Origin: Octopus vulgaris | Lineage: Eukaryota | Length of the DNA stretch: 64,000 nt | NCBI GenBank assembly: GCA_951406725.2 | Contig: OX597822.1 | Coordinates: forward strand, 9,548,001-9,612,000 | Direction of reading: 5' to 3' | Shown here: positions 1-15,210 of the stretch, one piece after another | How the letters are laid out: each line of letters opens with the position of its first letter | Position numbering within the stretch: the first letter of the stretch is position 1 | Translations under genes and position numbers: made by a program | Notes under the pieces: model-generated | The model's database searches: none | Told to the model about the DNA's origin: nothing | The model's input: only the letters and a program-made list of their open reading frames with translations

Positions 1-19
1 TATATATATATATATATAC

Positions 20-68
<49 letters not shown>

Positions 69-90
69 CATATATATGTATATATATATA
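1..90. repeat. (TA)n microsatellite, truncated by the window edge
   Basis: Direct TA dinucleotide run. Confidence 0.97.
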
Positions 91-966
91 CTAGGCGTAT
101 AGATATAAATAAGGGTGATGTCATTAACGATAACAATGGCAGTAGTGAGGTGAGCGCAACTCGGCTCATTAGGGTAGAGAGTCCCAATAGCAACTCCAGC
201 ATCGTTTCCGGCAATAGCAGGACCACGGACACTAGCAATTACAGCACTCTGAGTGATAGTGAAGAATCAGGGGTTATTCCGTTAGTTAATAGTGACTTAG
301 TGGAAAATAAAGTAGTAAGCGGCTGCAGTTCTCGCAATCAATATAGTAACAGTAACGCAGTTCTAATTTCAGAAACTAATCCTAATAGAATAAGGTTCAT
401 GTCGAGGAACTCCAAGATCAGAAATGCCGTTTACCAATGCAAGGTTTACCCGGACTCAGATGTCTACTCATATGTCGGGGCCTCATCGTCAAGATTGGCC
501 TTACGAATCTCCAACCATTACGCAACTTTTCGCGACATGAATAAATACCAAGCCACGGGACTTAGCAAGCTAATATGGCGATTGAAGAATACGAACTCAA
601 GCTACAGGCTGGAATGGTCAATTTTGTCGGTGGCCCTCCCATTTGATAGGAGCAAAAGGAAGTGCAACCTTTGTGTTTCTGAGCTTTTCCATATATTGTT
701 CGCCAGAGACCGGATGGTAAACGGACTTTTACAGTCGGCTTTTCGATGCCCCCATTGGCGGCGTTATACTTATCTTGCTTATAAATGACGCTTATAAATG
801 ATACCTGCACCCGGTTACCCTACTTATATGAAAATAGCCCTTGGAAATAATTTTTTGAAATAGCTTTTTAAGAGAGATATGATTAACCCTTGCAAGGGGA
901 ATTACTCCCATTAAGCGAATGGTGTTTTGTTTTGACGACGTGAGGTTTCTTTTGACAAAGCATGAT

Positions 967-1164
967 TAGACGAACACACGAACACATAAAATATTTTCTG
1001 CCGCCTGACGGATTTTTCAGCAGTGACCATTGTGTAGCGCTTTTTACCAACTTACGGCCGCGCGATTAAACGAACACACGAACACATAAAATATTTTCTG
1101 CCGCCTGACGGATTTTTCAGCAGTGACCATTGTGTAACGCTTTTCACCAACTTATGGCCGCGCA
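967..1164 (+). repeat. Two ~100-bp tandem copies inside the PLE 3' region
   Basis: acgaacacacgaacacataaaatattttctgccgcctgacgg...ggccgcgc occurs twice, starting at ~970 and ~1070. Confidence 0.9.
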
Positions 1165-1460
1165 CATATAGAACAGTTCACACACACATGTTTCTAAGTA
1201 GATTTTGTCTCGCCCCATATAATACACCTAATATTCTTAAAATAGTCAGAACCTTAGTCTCGGTCACAAAGAACATATACGCACCCCGTGCTCTCACCCA
1301 CCGGATTGACCGCTGCCTGACCTGTAAATATCTTCAACGCACCCACCACCCGATTTCAACATACATTGATAAACAGTTTGGCCATGGGCTCTTAGGAGCC
1401 TCCTCGTTCGATTTGTTTTGCTGCGCCTCTGTTCTGTTTTTGTTCTGCCAACGGAATTCC

Positions 1461-1553
1461 TATTTCTTCCTGAAGAGAAAGACACAATATGGTCTCCTTA
1501 TTCAATCGGAATTTGGTAAATTGTGGCTTTCGAAACACGTGTAGAATGCAATA
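1461..1553 (+). ncRNA. Minimal type I hammerhead ribozyme (PLE-associated)
   Basis: CTGAAGA (1470), G-aaagacacaa...ttgtggcttt-C stem II, GAAAC, palindromic ACGT, GTA cleavage triplet (ends 1543); short stem I ttc/gaa. Confidence 0.75.
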
Positions 1554-1602
1554 AAATGATTTCTGTTCAATCTTCGGTCAACTCCATTTCTTCAATTCAC
1601 TA

Positions 1603-2460
<858 letters not shown>

Positions 2461-3682
2461 GGAATGATATGTCACAAACTGCGTGATCTCAACATAGTTG
2501 GAAAACTGGGAGAATGGCTCCATGACTTTCTGAAGGATAGAAGTCAGGTGGTAGTAGCCAATGGGGCCACCTCCATTAACACACAAATAGTGAGCGGTGT
2601 TCCGCAGGGCACTGTTCTGGGACCACTACTGTTCATAATGGCCCTCTCAGACATGCCCTCAGCCACGCAGAGAGCCACGATCACAAGTTATGCAGATGAT
2701 ACAAAAGTTTCACAGGCAATACAGAACCCTGAGGACACTAAACACCTGCAATGTGAGCTGGACGAAATATACAAGTGGGCTGAAAAGAATAGCATGCAGT
2801 TCAATGCTGGAAAGTTTCAAGCTTTATACTATCAGCATGCAAAACTGAATGCAATACCCAATGAATACACTGGACCCGGAGGGATTGCAATCCCAGAGGC
2901 ACAATCAGTGCGTGACCTGGGTATTCACATGAGTGATGACGCGACCTTTCATGTACATGTTGCTAAACTGACAATGAAATGTAGACGGCTGGCTGGATGG
3001 ATTCTTAGAACCTTTAGAACAAGAGAACAAGAAACCATGATGGTCCTCTGGAAGACACTTGTCCTAAGCCACTTTGACTATTGCTCTCAGCTATGGTCAC
3101 CATCCAGTGTCAAGTTGATCACAGAACTTGAGGCGATCCAACGAAGCTACACAAAGAAGATAGCCTCTATGCAGAATGTAAGCTACTGGGAAAGACTCAA
3201 GAGATTAAAATTATATTCCCTGGAGCGTAGGCGGGAAAGATATGCCATAATATACATCTGGAAGATCCTGGAGGGAAGTGTCCTGAACTTTGGCATCGAG
3301 AGTTACGCAAATGCCAGAACTGGGCGCCACTGCGTGGTGCCTAGGACTCCAAACCTGCCATCAAGATGTAGGACAAGATACTGTGATAGCCTGGGCTTCC
3401 GAGGCCCACAGCTCTTCAATATCCTCCCGAAGAACCTGAGAGACCTGCATGGGGTGGATACAGATGTCTTTAAAATGAAGCTGGATCTCTTCCTGTCAGG
3501 TGTCCCAGATGAACCAACTTCACGGCAGGAGGGGCAGATGAGGGCAGCTGCATCAAACTCTCTCATGCACCAAATAGCAGCTGCTAGAAAGCCTCCATGA
3601 AGTGAAACCAAGTAGCAACACAAAATGGCGGTGCCCCAGCATGGCCACAGCTCATAAGCTGAAACTAGAATCAATCAATCAA

Positions 3683-3685
<3 letters not shown>
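2461..3685 (+). mobile_element. 5'-truncated CR1-group LINE (RT C-terminal half, ORF open 2461-3600)
   Basis: [23 protein letters not shown] and LERRRERY motifs; (AATC)n tail at ~3669-3685; sits between two (TA)n blocks. Confidence 0.9.
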
Positions 3686-4577
<892 letters not shown>

Positions 4578-5062
4578 ATCAAAGCTTTTAGAAGTCATAA
4601 CATAGCAGTTTTGCGTGGAGTACAGTAATGTGACAAATACCTTATCATATAGCATGAAATGATTGTGGATTAACAATGGATAAATTCATCGTCTGTGAGT
4701 ATGAAATTCCTCCTCATATCTCTGGAAATTTAAATCTACACTACGGATTAATTCACCTTTTCTGTGAAGCTAATAAGCTTTTAAGAACCTGTGATAAGAC
4801 TGTGCATCATCATTAAGGAACTTTGGAAATCTGTTTGCAACCTAAATCTGCCTTTAATGAAATTATCTCCAATACTTCATGAGTATAGCCTCACCCACTA
4901 AGATGTTTGGAGAACTCATATGTATTTTAGCTGATGAGTACGGGACACTTTTATCTGCTGCAATTTTTGCAACTTGTAATAAAGCCTCTCTTTGTATGAA
5001 ACAATTGTACTAAAAACTAATCCATTCTTGTTGCTTCTTTCTCGTATATATATATATATATA

Positions 5063-6215
5063 CCATATTTTCCGCACTATAAGGCGCACCTAAAAACCTT
5101 CAATTTTCTCAAAAGCCGACGGTGCGCCTTATATGTGGACCAATATTGAGCCACAACAGGTCTCGAAACTACGGTAAGCAGCCGCCAACTTCATTTTCCC
5201 TCGTAGAAGAAGCGCGCGGTGCATGCTGGGGTATATGACTGCGCGAGGCGTGCCGTTTCATTTCCATTTGTGTGTTTATGTAGAGACCCCAAAACGGCCC
5301 CTATAAAGAGACACGCCTACGACGCAGAGTTTAAACTCAAGGCGATCAGTGATGCAGTAGAACACGGGAATAGAGCAGCAGCGAGAGAATTTAACATTAA
5401 CGAATCAATGGTGCGGAAGTGGAGGAAGCAACAAGATGACCTGAGCCAAGTAAAGAAGACTAAAAAGAGTTTCCGAGGGAACAAAGCGAGATGGCCACAG
5501 TTGGAGAACAAACTCGAACAGTGGGTTGTTGAACAGAGAGCAGCAGGTACAAGTGTCAGTACAATCACTATTCGAATGAAGGCAACAGCGCTTGCAAGCG
5601 AACTTAACATTAATGAATTTAAAGGCGGTCCTTCTTGGTGCTTTTAGTTTATGAAAAGTTGTAATCTCTCCATTCGCACACGAACTACTGTTTCACAGCA
5701 ACTGCCAAAAGACTACCAAGAAAAGCTGGTCACTTTTCGCGCATATTGCAAAAACAAAATTACTGAAAAAAAAGATCCGGCCAGAGCACATCATCAACAT
5801 GGACGAGGTTCCACTCACCTTTGATATTCCTGTGAACTGCACTGTGGAAAAAACGGGAGCACATACGGTAAATGTTCGCACCACAGGAAATGAGAAGTCA
5901 TCCTTCACTGTAGTTCTCGCTTGCCAAGCTAATGGCCAGAAACTTCCATCATTGGTTATTTTCAAGAGGAAAACCTTGCCAAAAGAAAACTTTCCAGCCG
6001 GCGTCGTCATCCAAGCTAACTCAAAGGGATGGATGGATGACGAAAAGATGAGCGAGTGGTTGAGAGAAATTTACGTGAAGAGACCGGGTGGCTTTTTTCA
6101 CACAGCTCCGTCCCTTTTGATCTACGACTCCATGCGCTCCCATATCACAAATGGTGTCAAAAAACATGTGAAGCACACGAATTCAATACTCGCCTCATTC
6201 CAGGTGGATTGACAA
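5063..6215 (+). mobile_element. pogo/Tigger-family DNA transposon, degenerate and 3'-truncated (Brinker-like DBD, CENP-B HTH, DDE_1)
   Basis: TA followed by terminus ccatattttccgcactataaggcgcacc. Protein motifs RHAYDAEFKLKAI, FKGGPSWCF, NMDEVPL, GWMD, LLIYDSMRSH. Contains a stop and frameshifts. Confidence 0.9.
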
Positions 6216-6219
6216 GAAC

Positions 6220-9200
6220 AGCAGATACAAAATAAATTAAAGCAAATCGAAGATGCTTTTAAATTAATCAATAAAACACTTGGATAAACTGGGAGGTGTT
6301 TTCTCTTTGAATGCATCACAGGTGCAGCAGCAACAACAACAGTATGAACCACTCCTTGATTCATCTACAATGGCTGATTTGTTAAATGAAATGATTGACC
6401 CCCATTCACCAGGGTCTCACAGCAGGAAGTACCACCCCTTCCTTTCACTACCCCAGTAGCTCAATCATCATCACTGCCAACATCATCTCCTCTGCCTACT
6501 ACTACTAGTACTACAACCACTATCAATCCAAAAATATCTTTGTCTACCCTATCTCATGGAATCCACCTCCTCAATCATCATCACTGTCAACATCTCCTCT
6601 GCCTACTACTACTTCTACTACCACCACTGCTACCTCAAGGAATCTACCTCCTACTACTTGTTCAAGAACTCTACCTCCCACAGGTCACAAAGGTCGCCAA
6701 AACCTCAACAAACTATCATCTACACCTCTCACAACTCACACATGCACCTAAAAGCCCACTCGAAACCCCATCATTTGCTGCTATTCTCTCCGCTAGAGAT
6801 TTTGCACTGATAGAGACTGCAAATTCACCCATTTACCTGGAACAAAACGCTCTATCCCCACAAACTACAACAGCAACTACCATAATACATACTCTATTAC
6901 AACACCACCACAACCACCAATATCTCAAACAAGGAATCCCCAAATCTGCAGCTATTCCCAGCGAGGCAGATTGTGTTTGCACAGGGATTGTCCCTTTACC
7001 CATCTCCTGGGGATTCGTCGGACAAATGACATTCTAAATAAAAATCAAAGCAAAAAAACCTACGACTCATATAGAAATAACCACAACCACAGTCACCTAC
7101 AGTTCCCTAGACAGGAAACCTCTTCCTATTTTTTAGCTATAATGAATCTAGCAAAAGAACTGGAAAAAACATCCAAGCTATCACCCACCACCATCCACCA
7201 CTATTACCCCACTGCACATGCCATTAAAAAGCAATCAAATAAACAAATCACCAAAACAGTTAAAACCATCCACTCTCACCTCAACATTTTTGCTTAATGC
7301 CCAAGGCATCAGCCCTTCCACCAATACACAAAAATGGAAGATAAAATTCCTGGAGGACTGGGTCGATGCCCATCCAAACCACATCCCTTTCTTCGTCCTC
7401 ACTGAAAGCCATCTTAGTAACCTCCACTTGGAAGCCAAGGTGAAAGTGAAAATTTCAAAGCCATTCGTGCTGGCAGAAGAAAAGGTGGAACTGCCATTTA
7501 TGTTCATAATTCATTCTCAACAGAAGCTATGAACATATTTTCCAATGGATACTGCGAAGCAGTCGTTGTATTCAGTCAAACCAACAACTTAATAGTAGTT
7601 GGGCTCTACAGACCACCCCAAACGCCCCTACCATGCTTCAAGGAATGCCTCAACAACATAAAGTGTTTCATCCAACAGTATCAACCTGACAACATCGTGA
7701 TGATGGGGGACTTCAACCTCCCCGGGGTTGACTGGTCTACAAACAGTCTGCCGCCAGGTTCTTGTCTCAACCTTTGACAGGGAGGCAGTGGAATCGGTTC
7801 TTGACTTCATGGATGATTTCTTCCTGTCCCAACTGGTGCTCAAACCAACGAGATGTCACAAAAACATTGTAGACCTAATTTTCAGCAATCACACTGACAC
7901 TATCCACACTATTGCAGTGGAGAAAACTCTACTCTCTGATCATGATATGGTTCTCTGTGATTTCACCGGCCACAATACAAAACAAACGTCATCCCTCCTG
8001 TCCATCCATTTGACACTATGGATTTCCACAACGCAAACTGGGAAGCGATCAGTCATGATCTTGCACAAGTCGATTGGTCCTTCACACCCACTAACATGAA
8101 AAAGTCTTGATAGTCATTTGTAGACACCATTACAAACATATGTGCAAAACACCCCATTAAGATCTGCAAACAAATCTAAGTGCAGAATCCATAGAAATAG
8201 AAAAATTCTCATCAGGAAAATTAAAAGAACTAACAAAAAAATCAACGAGATGAAATACTGTCAACAGCAACACACCAACCTGACTGCCATCACGTCACTA
8301 GAGATTAAAAAACATAACCTCCAAAACAACATAATGTTTATCATCAATAGTCAGAGAAGAGCCAAAAAGGCCTGGGCCATTAAGAAGATCAAACTTAATC
8401 CCAAAGTGTTCTCATTTGCAAAAAAACACAAAGTCACTGGCTCTCTGATTGATGAAAATGGCACTCTTCAAGACAATGCCAAAACCATGGGAGAGATGCT
8501 GCAGAAACAATACTGCTGTTTTCAGCAATCCTGATATGGTTGATCTGGGCTACACCTTCTCAGACATAACCTTTGGCACCACTGATGTCTTAGCAGCAAT
8601 AAAAGAAAATCAAGCATAATTCAGCAGTAGGTTCCGATAGGTTCTCTGTGTGTCTTGAAGGTTTGTCAACACCAACTTGCACCCCCTCTAGCCAATCTGT
8701 GGCGGAACTCACTGGATGCTGGATATATACCAGGAAACCTATCCCAGTCTGTTGTCCCAGTTTTCAAAAAAGAAAACAAATTCCTTGTTGTGAATTACCT
8801 TCCAATCTCACTCACTTCTCATATCATTAAGGTATTTGAGAGAGTGGTGAGATAGCAAATGACTCACTTCCATGAGAATAATAATATGCTGAACTCCAAC
8901 CAGCATAGATTCCGTAATGGAAGGGATTGCCTGACGAAGCTACTGCATCATTTTGATGACATTTTGAGAGCCTTAGGAGAGGGTTCCAACACCGATGTTA
9001 TCTACCTTGATTTCAACAAGGCCTTTGACAGGGTTGATCATAAGATCCTTTTGAGAAAGCTGTCCAATATTGGTGTCACTGGAAAGCTGCTGCAGTGGAT
9101 CAAGTGCTTCCTGTCTAACAGAACCCAACATGTTGTAGTCAAAGGAGTCAAATCCAGCCCAGCCAAAGTCAGTAGTGGTGTCCCACAAGGCACTGTGTTG

Positions 9201-10080
9201 GGCCCACTTCTCTTCATCATCTATATTAATGACATTACTGATATCAACAAACACAGTAACATCAGAATCTTTGCTGATGATTCCAAGCTCCAGAAGGTCA
9301 TCAATGGCATGGATGACTGGATAAGCCTTCAGTCAGACTTATTGGCTGTTGTCCAATGAGCGGAAAAGAACAACATGTTGCTCAACGAAGACAAATTTGA
9401 ACTGATCCACTTTGGAAGGGAGGATGCTCTGAAATTCCCATACTCCCTTCCTTTTGGTGAAATTCTCATTGCATCTAACAACATCAGAGACTTGGGAGTA
9501 ACTGTGGACAACAACATAAGCTGGGCTACACATATAAGCAGCAAAGTTGATATGGCCCGCAGAATGTGTTCCTGGATTCTCAGAACCTTCCAGTCGAGAG
9601 ATTCGCAGACCATTATCCTTCTCTTCTCCGCTTTTGCCCAACCCCACCTTGAATACCGCTGTCCACCTTGAATACCGCTGTCCACTGTGGTCTCCCCACA
9701 CGAAACAAAATATTATGAAAATTGAAGCTCCTCAAAGGGCAATCACGAAAATGATAGATGTCATGTCAGACCTTCACTGGGGTCAACTAGAAAAGCTGAC
9801 ACTATTCACTCCAACAACGCTACATTATTTGTATGATGTGGAAATATTCCATCAGCACTGTTCACATGAAGTTGGCATCACCTTCAAAATACACCCAAGA
9901 CTTGGACCCCGTGCCATTCGTCCACAACAAAAATCTATATCGCATCTCATAACAACAATACGGCACAATTATTTCACCTCAACTGGCTCTGCTCTCTTCA
10001 GCATTACACCAGGACACATCAAAACAGAAACTGACCACACAAAATTCAAGAAGTCTTTGGACAAATTCCTCCAAGCAGTA
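6220..10080 (+). mobile_element. Near full-length degenerate CR1-group LINE (ORF1 remnants with two CCCH-like fingers, APE endonuclease, RT)
   Basis: LNAQGI, LTESHL, GLYRPP, MGDFNLP, SDHDMV (APE); [28 protein letters not shown] (RT); DCKFTH and DCPFTH upstream. Many stops and frameshifts. Confidence 0.88.
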
Positions 10081-10089
10081 ACAACAATG

Positions 10090-10180
10090 ATAAGTAATAA
10101 TAAATGTAATAATAGCATTAACAATAGTAATAATAATAATAATAATATTAATAATGATGATGACAATAATAATAATAATA
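10090..10180. repeat. (AAT)n-rich microsatellite
   Basis: Direct sequence. Confidence 0.85.
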
Positions 10181-12130
10181 CACATAGAAGATCCACCTAA
10201 GATTGAGGAAGTGGAGGAGTTCTGGAAGAAGGTGTGGAGGAGTTCTGGAAGAAGGTATGGAGCAACGAAAAAGAGTTTAATGCTGAGGCTGACTGGATAG
10301 AACGTGAGAAAGAGAGACTGGATGAACTTGAAGAACAGAAATGGGAAGCAATAGGAATACAGGAGCTAAGGTGTGTCCTTAGGAAGGCTCATAAATGGAA
10401 AACCCCAGGACTGGATCGGATCCCTAACTTCTGGCTCAATTGTTTGACAGAGGTACACGAAAATCTCACTGCATCTCTGTCTGATGTCATTCAGAACCCA
10501 GAGCAAATATGTGCTTGGCTGACTGAAGGAACCACCTACCTATTACCTAAAACCGAAGACACAAAAAACCCTAAGAATTACTAGCCAATAACATGTCTCA
10601 ACACCACCTACAAAATCCTCACATCCATAATAACGGAGAGAATGTACGCTTTCCTTGAACAAAACTCTATCCTTCCACAAGCTCAAAAAGGTTGTAAAAG
10701 AAACTCTTATGGGTGCAAAGACCAATTGCTCATAGACAGAATGATTGTAGAGAATTGCCGGAGCAAAAACAAAAACCTGAGTATGGCATGGATAGACTAC
10801 AGGAAAGCGTATGACAGTGTCCCACATAAATGGATACTCAAGGGGCTTGAGATATACAAGATCTCTCCTGTCGTCTCAAAATTCTTAGAGAATAGCATGA
10901 CCATGTGGAACACACGTCTCTTTCTAAGCCATAGTAATGGGAAGAGCCAGTCCACAGCATCAACATCAAACGAGGCATCTTTCAAGGTGACTCCCTCTCT
11001 CCATTACATTTTTGCATGGCACTGATCCCACTCTCAAACGAATTGGATAGTACCAGATATGGGTACAAAGTTTTTAGTAAGTTAATAAACCACCTTTTCT
11101 ATATAGATGACCTAAAGCTGTTTGCCAGGAATGACCAAGAGCTAGAAGGGCTGCTAACAACTGTTAAAGAGTTTAGCAATGATATCGGAATGGATTTTGG
11201 CCTTGATAAGTATGCTAAAGCAACTTTTGTAAGAGGCACGCTTAGGCAAACAGCTTCTGTTAAATTAGATATTGACACTACCATCAAGGAACTTGACCCA
11301 CAAGAAAGTTACAAATATCTAGGAATCAACGAAGGAGATGGTATACATCATGCTACTATGAAGGAAAAAATAAGAAAGGAATACTATAGGAGAATAAGGC
11401 TTGTACTGAAGACTGAACTCAACTCCAAAAATTGCATTGAGGCCATTAACACCCTGGCACTTCCAGTAGTTCAGTACAGTTTTAACATCATTAACTGGAA
11501 CCTTACGGAACTCCAACGCTTGAACAGGAAGACAAGAAAATTACTGACATCCAAGAACATGCACCACCCAAAGGCAGATGTAGACCGCCTGTACCTACCT
11601 AGAAGCAGCGGGGGGAGAGGAATGATGCAATTAGAGCTGTGTTATAAGACCTCCACTGTAGGAATGAACAGGTACCTATCTAGTACAAAGGACTGGATGC
11701 TTCGACTTGTGTGCGAATACAGAAGCAGCAGAAAGCTGCATTCTATTGTCAAGGAAGCTTATAAGTTCGAAAGGGAACTAGACATTAACCTTGAATCAGA
11801 TGAAGAGCCGGAAACCACTGCTACCAAGCAAGCAAAGCGAATCAAGCTGACTGCAAAAAAGAACGGGCAGAATCAAATTGAGAGGCGGTGGAGCCAGAAG
11901 CCCCTGCATGGACAATATATTCTCCGAAGCCAAAATGCTGATGTAGACCAAGCAACAACCCATCAGTGGCTGAAGAGCTCTGGATTGAAAGCAGAGACTG
12001 AAGGCTTCATAACGGCAGCACAAGATCAAAGCTTGTTTACCAGAAATTACCAGGCTAACGTTCTCCGAAACGGTACTGACCCTAAATGCAGATTCTGCGA
12101 CACATTTGACGAAACAATAGACCATCTCTT
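10181..12130 (+). mobile_element. R4/Dong-like (RLE-clade) non-LTR retrotransposon fragment (RT plus start of the CCHC finger)
   Basis: KWKTPGLDRIPNFWL, PITCLNTTYKILTS, WIDYRKAYDSVPH, NHLFYIDDLKLFA, KCRFCDTFDETIDHL. One stop and one frameshift. Adjacent to (AAT)n, the known Dong target class. Confidence 0.85.
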
Positions 12131-12980
12131 AATAGCTTTCACTTCATCACTATACATATCCATCATATTCTGTTAAAATGTCTTATTGACGAGTTTCATT
12201 TCTCCACTTCCCTGAAGAGAAGATTACATTGATTTACACCATGTTATTCCTTTGGAATAATACCAATATCTTCGAAACATGTTGGAAGTAAAAGAATTTG
12301 AATAACACCTGTGTTCAACTCCATTTATTTATTTATATATATTATACAAAATATTTCACGTAAACCCGGAGTTTCTACCTTTAAAAACAAGGTGTTACAG
12401 CCTTTTTACTTGTGTGAATTTTTGCTACCCTGGTAACTATTTATTTTTTCCGTCTTAATTGTAAACAAGGGAAAAATACACACATCCATTTATATATACT
12501 TCAAAAAGGTTTCCATATAATCTGCTAATAAAATAGTTACAGCATATGGAGTTATTTAGTATAAACGCATCTCTTAAGGATATACCCATTCCCTCAACGA
12601 ATGCTTTCCTGGAGCAAGTCGTTAATAAGACAAATTCCTTGATGAACCGTATCAGATGGCTCACCTTTTTCTTCAACAACAGACATTCAACAATACACTA
12701 ATGATATAACCTCTGAATTTAACAAATTATTTAAATCTAAAAATAATCCTCCACCTAACAATCCTCAAACCTTTTGAAGATGATCTTTGGTCTTTTGTGA
12801 GAAATATAAAATTTCACCGATCACCGCTAAGGAATAAACATCTGAGGTATCTTCACAATATCACCGAGGAAATTAATATAATGGATAGTATGCTGGCTCA
12901 ATTGGATAAAATGTGAAACCTGTATAAACTTAACAAGGACTATTACTTGGAACTGTTCAAAAAATAAATCACGTCAACAT
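12131..12980 (+). mobile_element. Penelope-like element 5' region and degenerate ORF start
   Basis: Hammerhead motif, then from 12546 MELFSINASLKDIPIPSTNAFLEQVVNKTNSLMNRIRWLTFFF, which resembles the PLE N-terminal SLKNIP...RMRW motif. Confidence 0.7.
12206..12289 (+). ncRNA. Minimal type I hammerhead ribozyme
   Basis: Stem I acttcc/ggaagt, CTGAAGA (12212), stem II gaagat/atcttc, GAAAC-AT-GTT (palindromic aacatgtt; GUU triplet). Confidence 0.75.
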
Positions 12981-14084
12981 TTTGATACACAAGGATATTT
13001 TGCATTTCTTTCCCTTTTCTTTCAACCACAAATTTTAATCTGAAAGTTTTCAAAAAATGTACTTTTGACATAGTTTTGCACGCTGATGATAAATGCCACA
13101 TTCGTTATTTGAGAAAATTTATAATAAAGTTAGGAGCATTTAGAGTTATGCATATTTAGTGAATGAATTTTAAGCCACTGTCCTCACAGCAGAAATTGAA
13201 AATATTTATTGTCATGGCAACTCTGATTCATTAATTTTTCATCGAGTCAATGCCAAAAAGATCAGGCTGAGAATAGTGCATTCTCTACTGGAAGGTTACA
13301 TGTCAGATATGTCACACTGGAGAGGGGGAGAACAAAAACCACCCCCAGCTGGTATTAACAGGATCTAGACAAATCTCACTAAGTTAAAGTGTGAAATAGG
13401 AGAAAAGCCCCTCAATTACATTTTTTCTCCTTTTGAACTCTGACCCCAGATTCTAACAAGTTTAAGACAGCCAGAGTAAAGAACACCATAAAAACAGTTG
13501 CTTTGTCAGATCTGTAAATATTATTGTAGGTGCCATATGTCAACAACGCCATTTTTAGAAATGACCCTTCAAAGAGTAATGTTTGACGTCTACAGAAAGG
13601 AGCACTGCCAAAGTCTAAAATACCGATGAGAACTGGAGCAAATTAGTGGTGAATGGAAAACTACAGGAGCTCTAGAGTATCAGGATTTGTAATAAATACG
13701 GTATCCATAGGGAACTCGTTTGGTATTCTCTATTTATGACTTAATAAATTTTGACATTGAGACAGTAACACGTCTCTGTGAATACCCACATGTTTATGCA
13801 TGTGGCTTTTTCAAGAGAATGATTTGCCACACATGTCACACAGACATGGCTACTCTCATGTAGGGATTTGTTCATGTACAGTTAGGCTTTTTCTTTTCAT
13901 CAGTTATAGGAATTTCTTAATAAAGAATAATGAATAAAATATTTATTTTGTGCTTGTTTTTTTTTTGCTCTATATCTGGACCCTGTTCCCTTTCTACCTT
14001 AAACCTGTCAACTGGTACAAAGTGACGTTCCTTCAATACTACCTTCCTCCCTGCCAGTTTTGAGCTAATTTGTCTTAAGTTTTT

Positions 14085-14645
14085 CCATAGAATGGGTTCA
14101 GGCATCGCTTTTGATGATGATGTAATGAAAGCCAACTTTTTAGATGTTACACTTAACTTATCCAATAATTCGTACTTCCCATACCAGAAACCATCAACCA
14201 ATCTTAAGTATATTAGCCAATTCAGTAATCATTCTAGGGGAATCACTAGGAACTTAGTTAAGAATATCTTTACTAAGTTATCTGCTAGCGTTGACATTTT
14301 CAATGATAAGGCTGAATTTTATAACTCTGCCTTACTTAAAGCAGGTTATACAGAAAAAGTTACCTACATTAATTCCATTCAATCTTATTCTACCTTTACT
14401 AATGGAGACATGAAATCTAGCCGTAAGGATACAAACGATATCAATTTCAATATATATGCCAACGCCAGAGCAAGGGAGATAACCCTTATTTAATCCCCTC
14501 TTTTCATTCAAAAGGTAATCGATGTCCTTTAAAGATAGTTACACTAAAAATAAGGCAACTAATAGTAAAACTCTTTGGTTGATTATTCCTTGTGGGAGGA
14601 AAATTAAATCTAATCTTCCTTTGCAGTTTCAGGAAGCTATATAAA
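14085..14645 (+). mobile_element. Penelope-like element RT C-terminal/thumb fragment
   Basis: NFLDVTLNL...YFPYQKP...KYISQFSNH...YNSALLKAGY in ORF 14092-14493. Confidence 0.75.
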
Positions 14646-15210
14646 TATGCGTGGCCTGGTATCAAGCTGGAAGCAAGGTCTGTCCTTCTAGAGGGAGCGG
14701 GGTCTTGGCCCCGTTAAAAAGAAACCGGGTTTCTGAGAAAAAGTTAATTTTTTTCAGATCCAGAAAGTAGGCTGGTCATCATGGACTCGACACTCAGCTG
14801 TGGTAAAGTTATCAGACTGGTTGCAATTTATGCAGCCACACCAACCGGACAAAGCAAATATTTTCAGAATCTGGAGAAGTTTCTAGGTAGATTATGTCGG
14901 CTCGTGTACAGATAGAAAAGATAATGCTTGCTTACTGGAACTACTATAGATGCTTTGGGCTAGCAGATCCTTATAGGTTGGAATTTCCAAATGCTCCATT
15001 GTGGACATGGTGAAATAGCAATGGCTCTTCCAGGTCATACCTAGATAGAGTGTTAATTAGAAAAGCAGATAGAAATATAGCTACAGTGATCATAAAACAG
15101 TCACCTGTAAGCTGGACATAGATAAGCTATGTAATAGAGGCTCTGGCTAATGGAAACTTAATACATCCCTGTTGGCAATTAAGGAGTACTGAGACTGGAT
15201 TAAGATGTTG
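14640..15210 (+). mobile_element. Tx1/L1-clade LINE APE endonuclease fragment (degenerate)
   Basis: Piecewise translation gives INMRGL, IRLVAIYA, WTW..SNGSSRSYLDRVLI, SDHK and WKLNTSLL. Confidence 0.65.

Larger units (their letters stand above)
91..1602 (+). mobile_element. Penelope-like retroelement, 3' fragment (GIY-YIG endonuclease in ORF 150-788, plus 3' pLTR-like region)
   Basis: ORF contains AVYQCKV...YSYVGASS...RISNH...LEWSIL...KCNLCVSE, a PLE-type GIY-YIG. It is homologous to 22586-23954, flanked by (TA)n on both sides, and has a hammerhead motif near its 3' end. Confidence 0.85.

Noticed and set aside
9645-10256. Short direct repeats (~19-21 bp at ~9645-9685; ~22 bp at ~10211-10256) as regulatory or TSD signals
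   Set aside because: Adjacent tandem duplications inside dead LINEs, consistent with slippage or repair and enclosing no insert.
13083-13110. Additional hammerhead at ctgatga
   Set aside because: No paired stem II followed by GAAA and a cleavage triplet.
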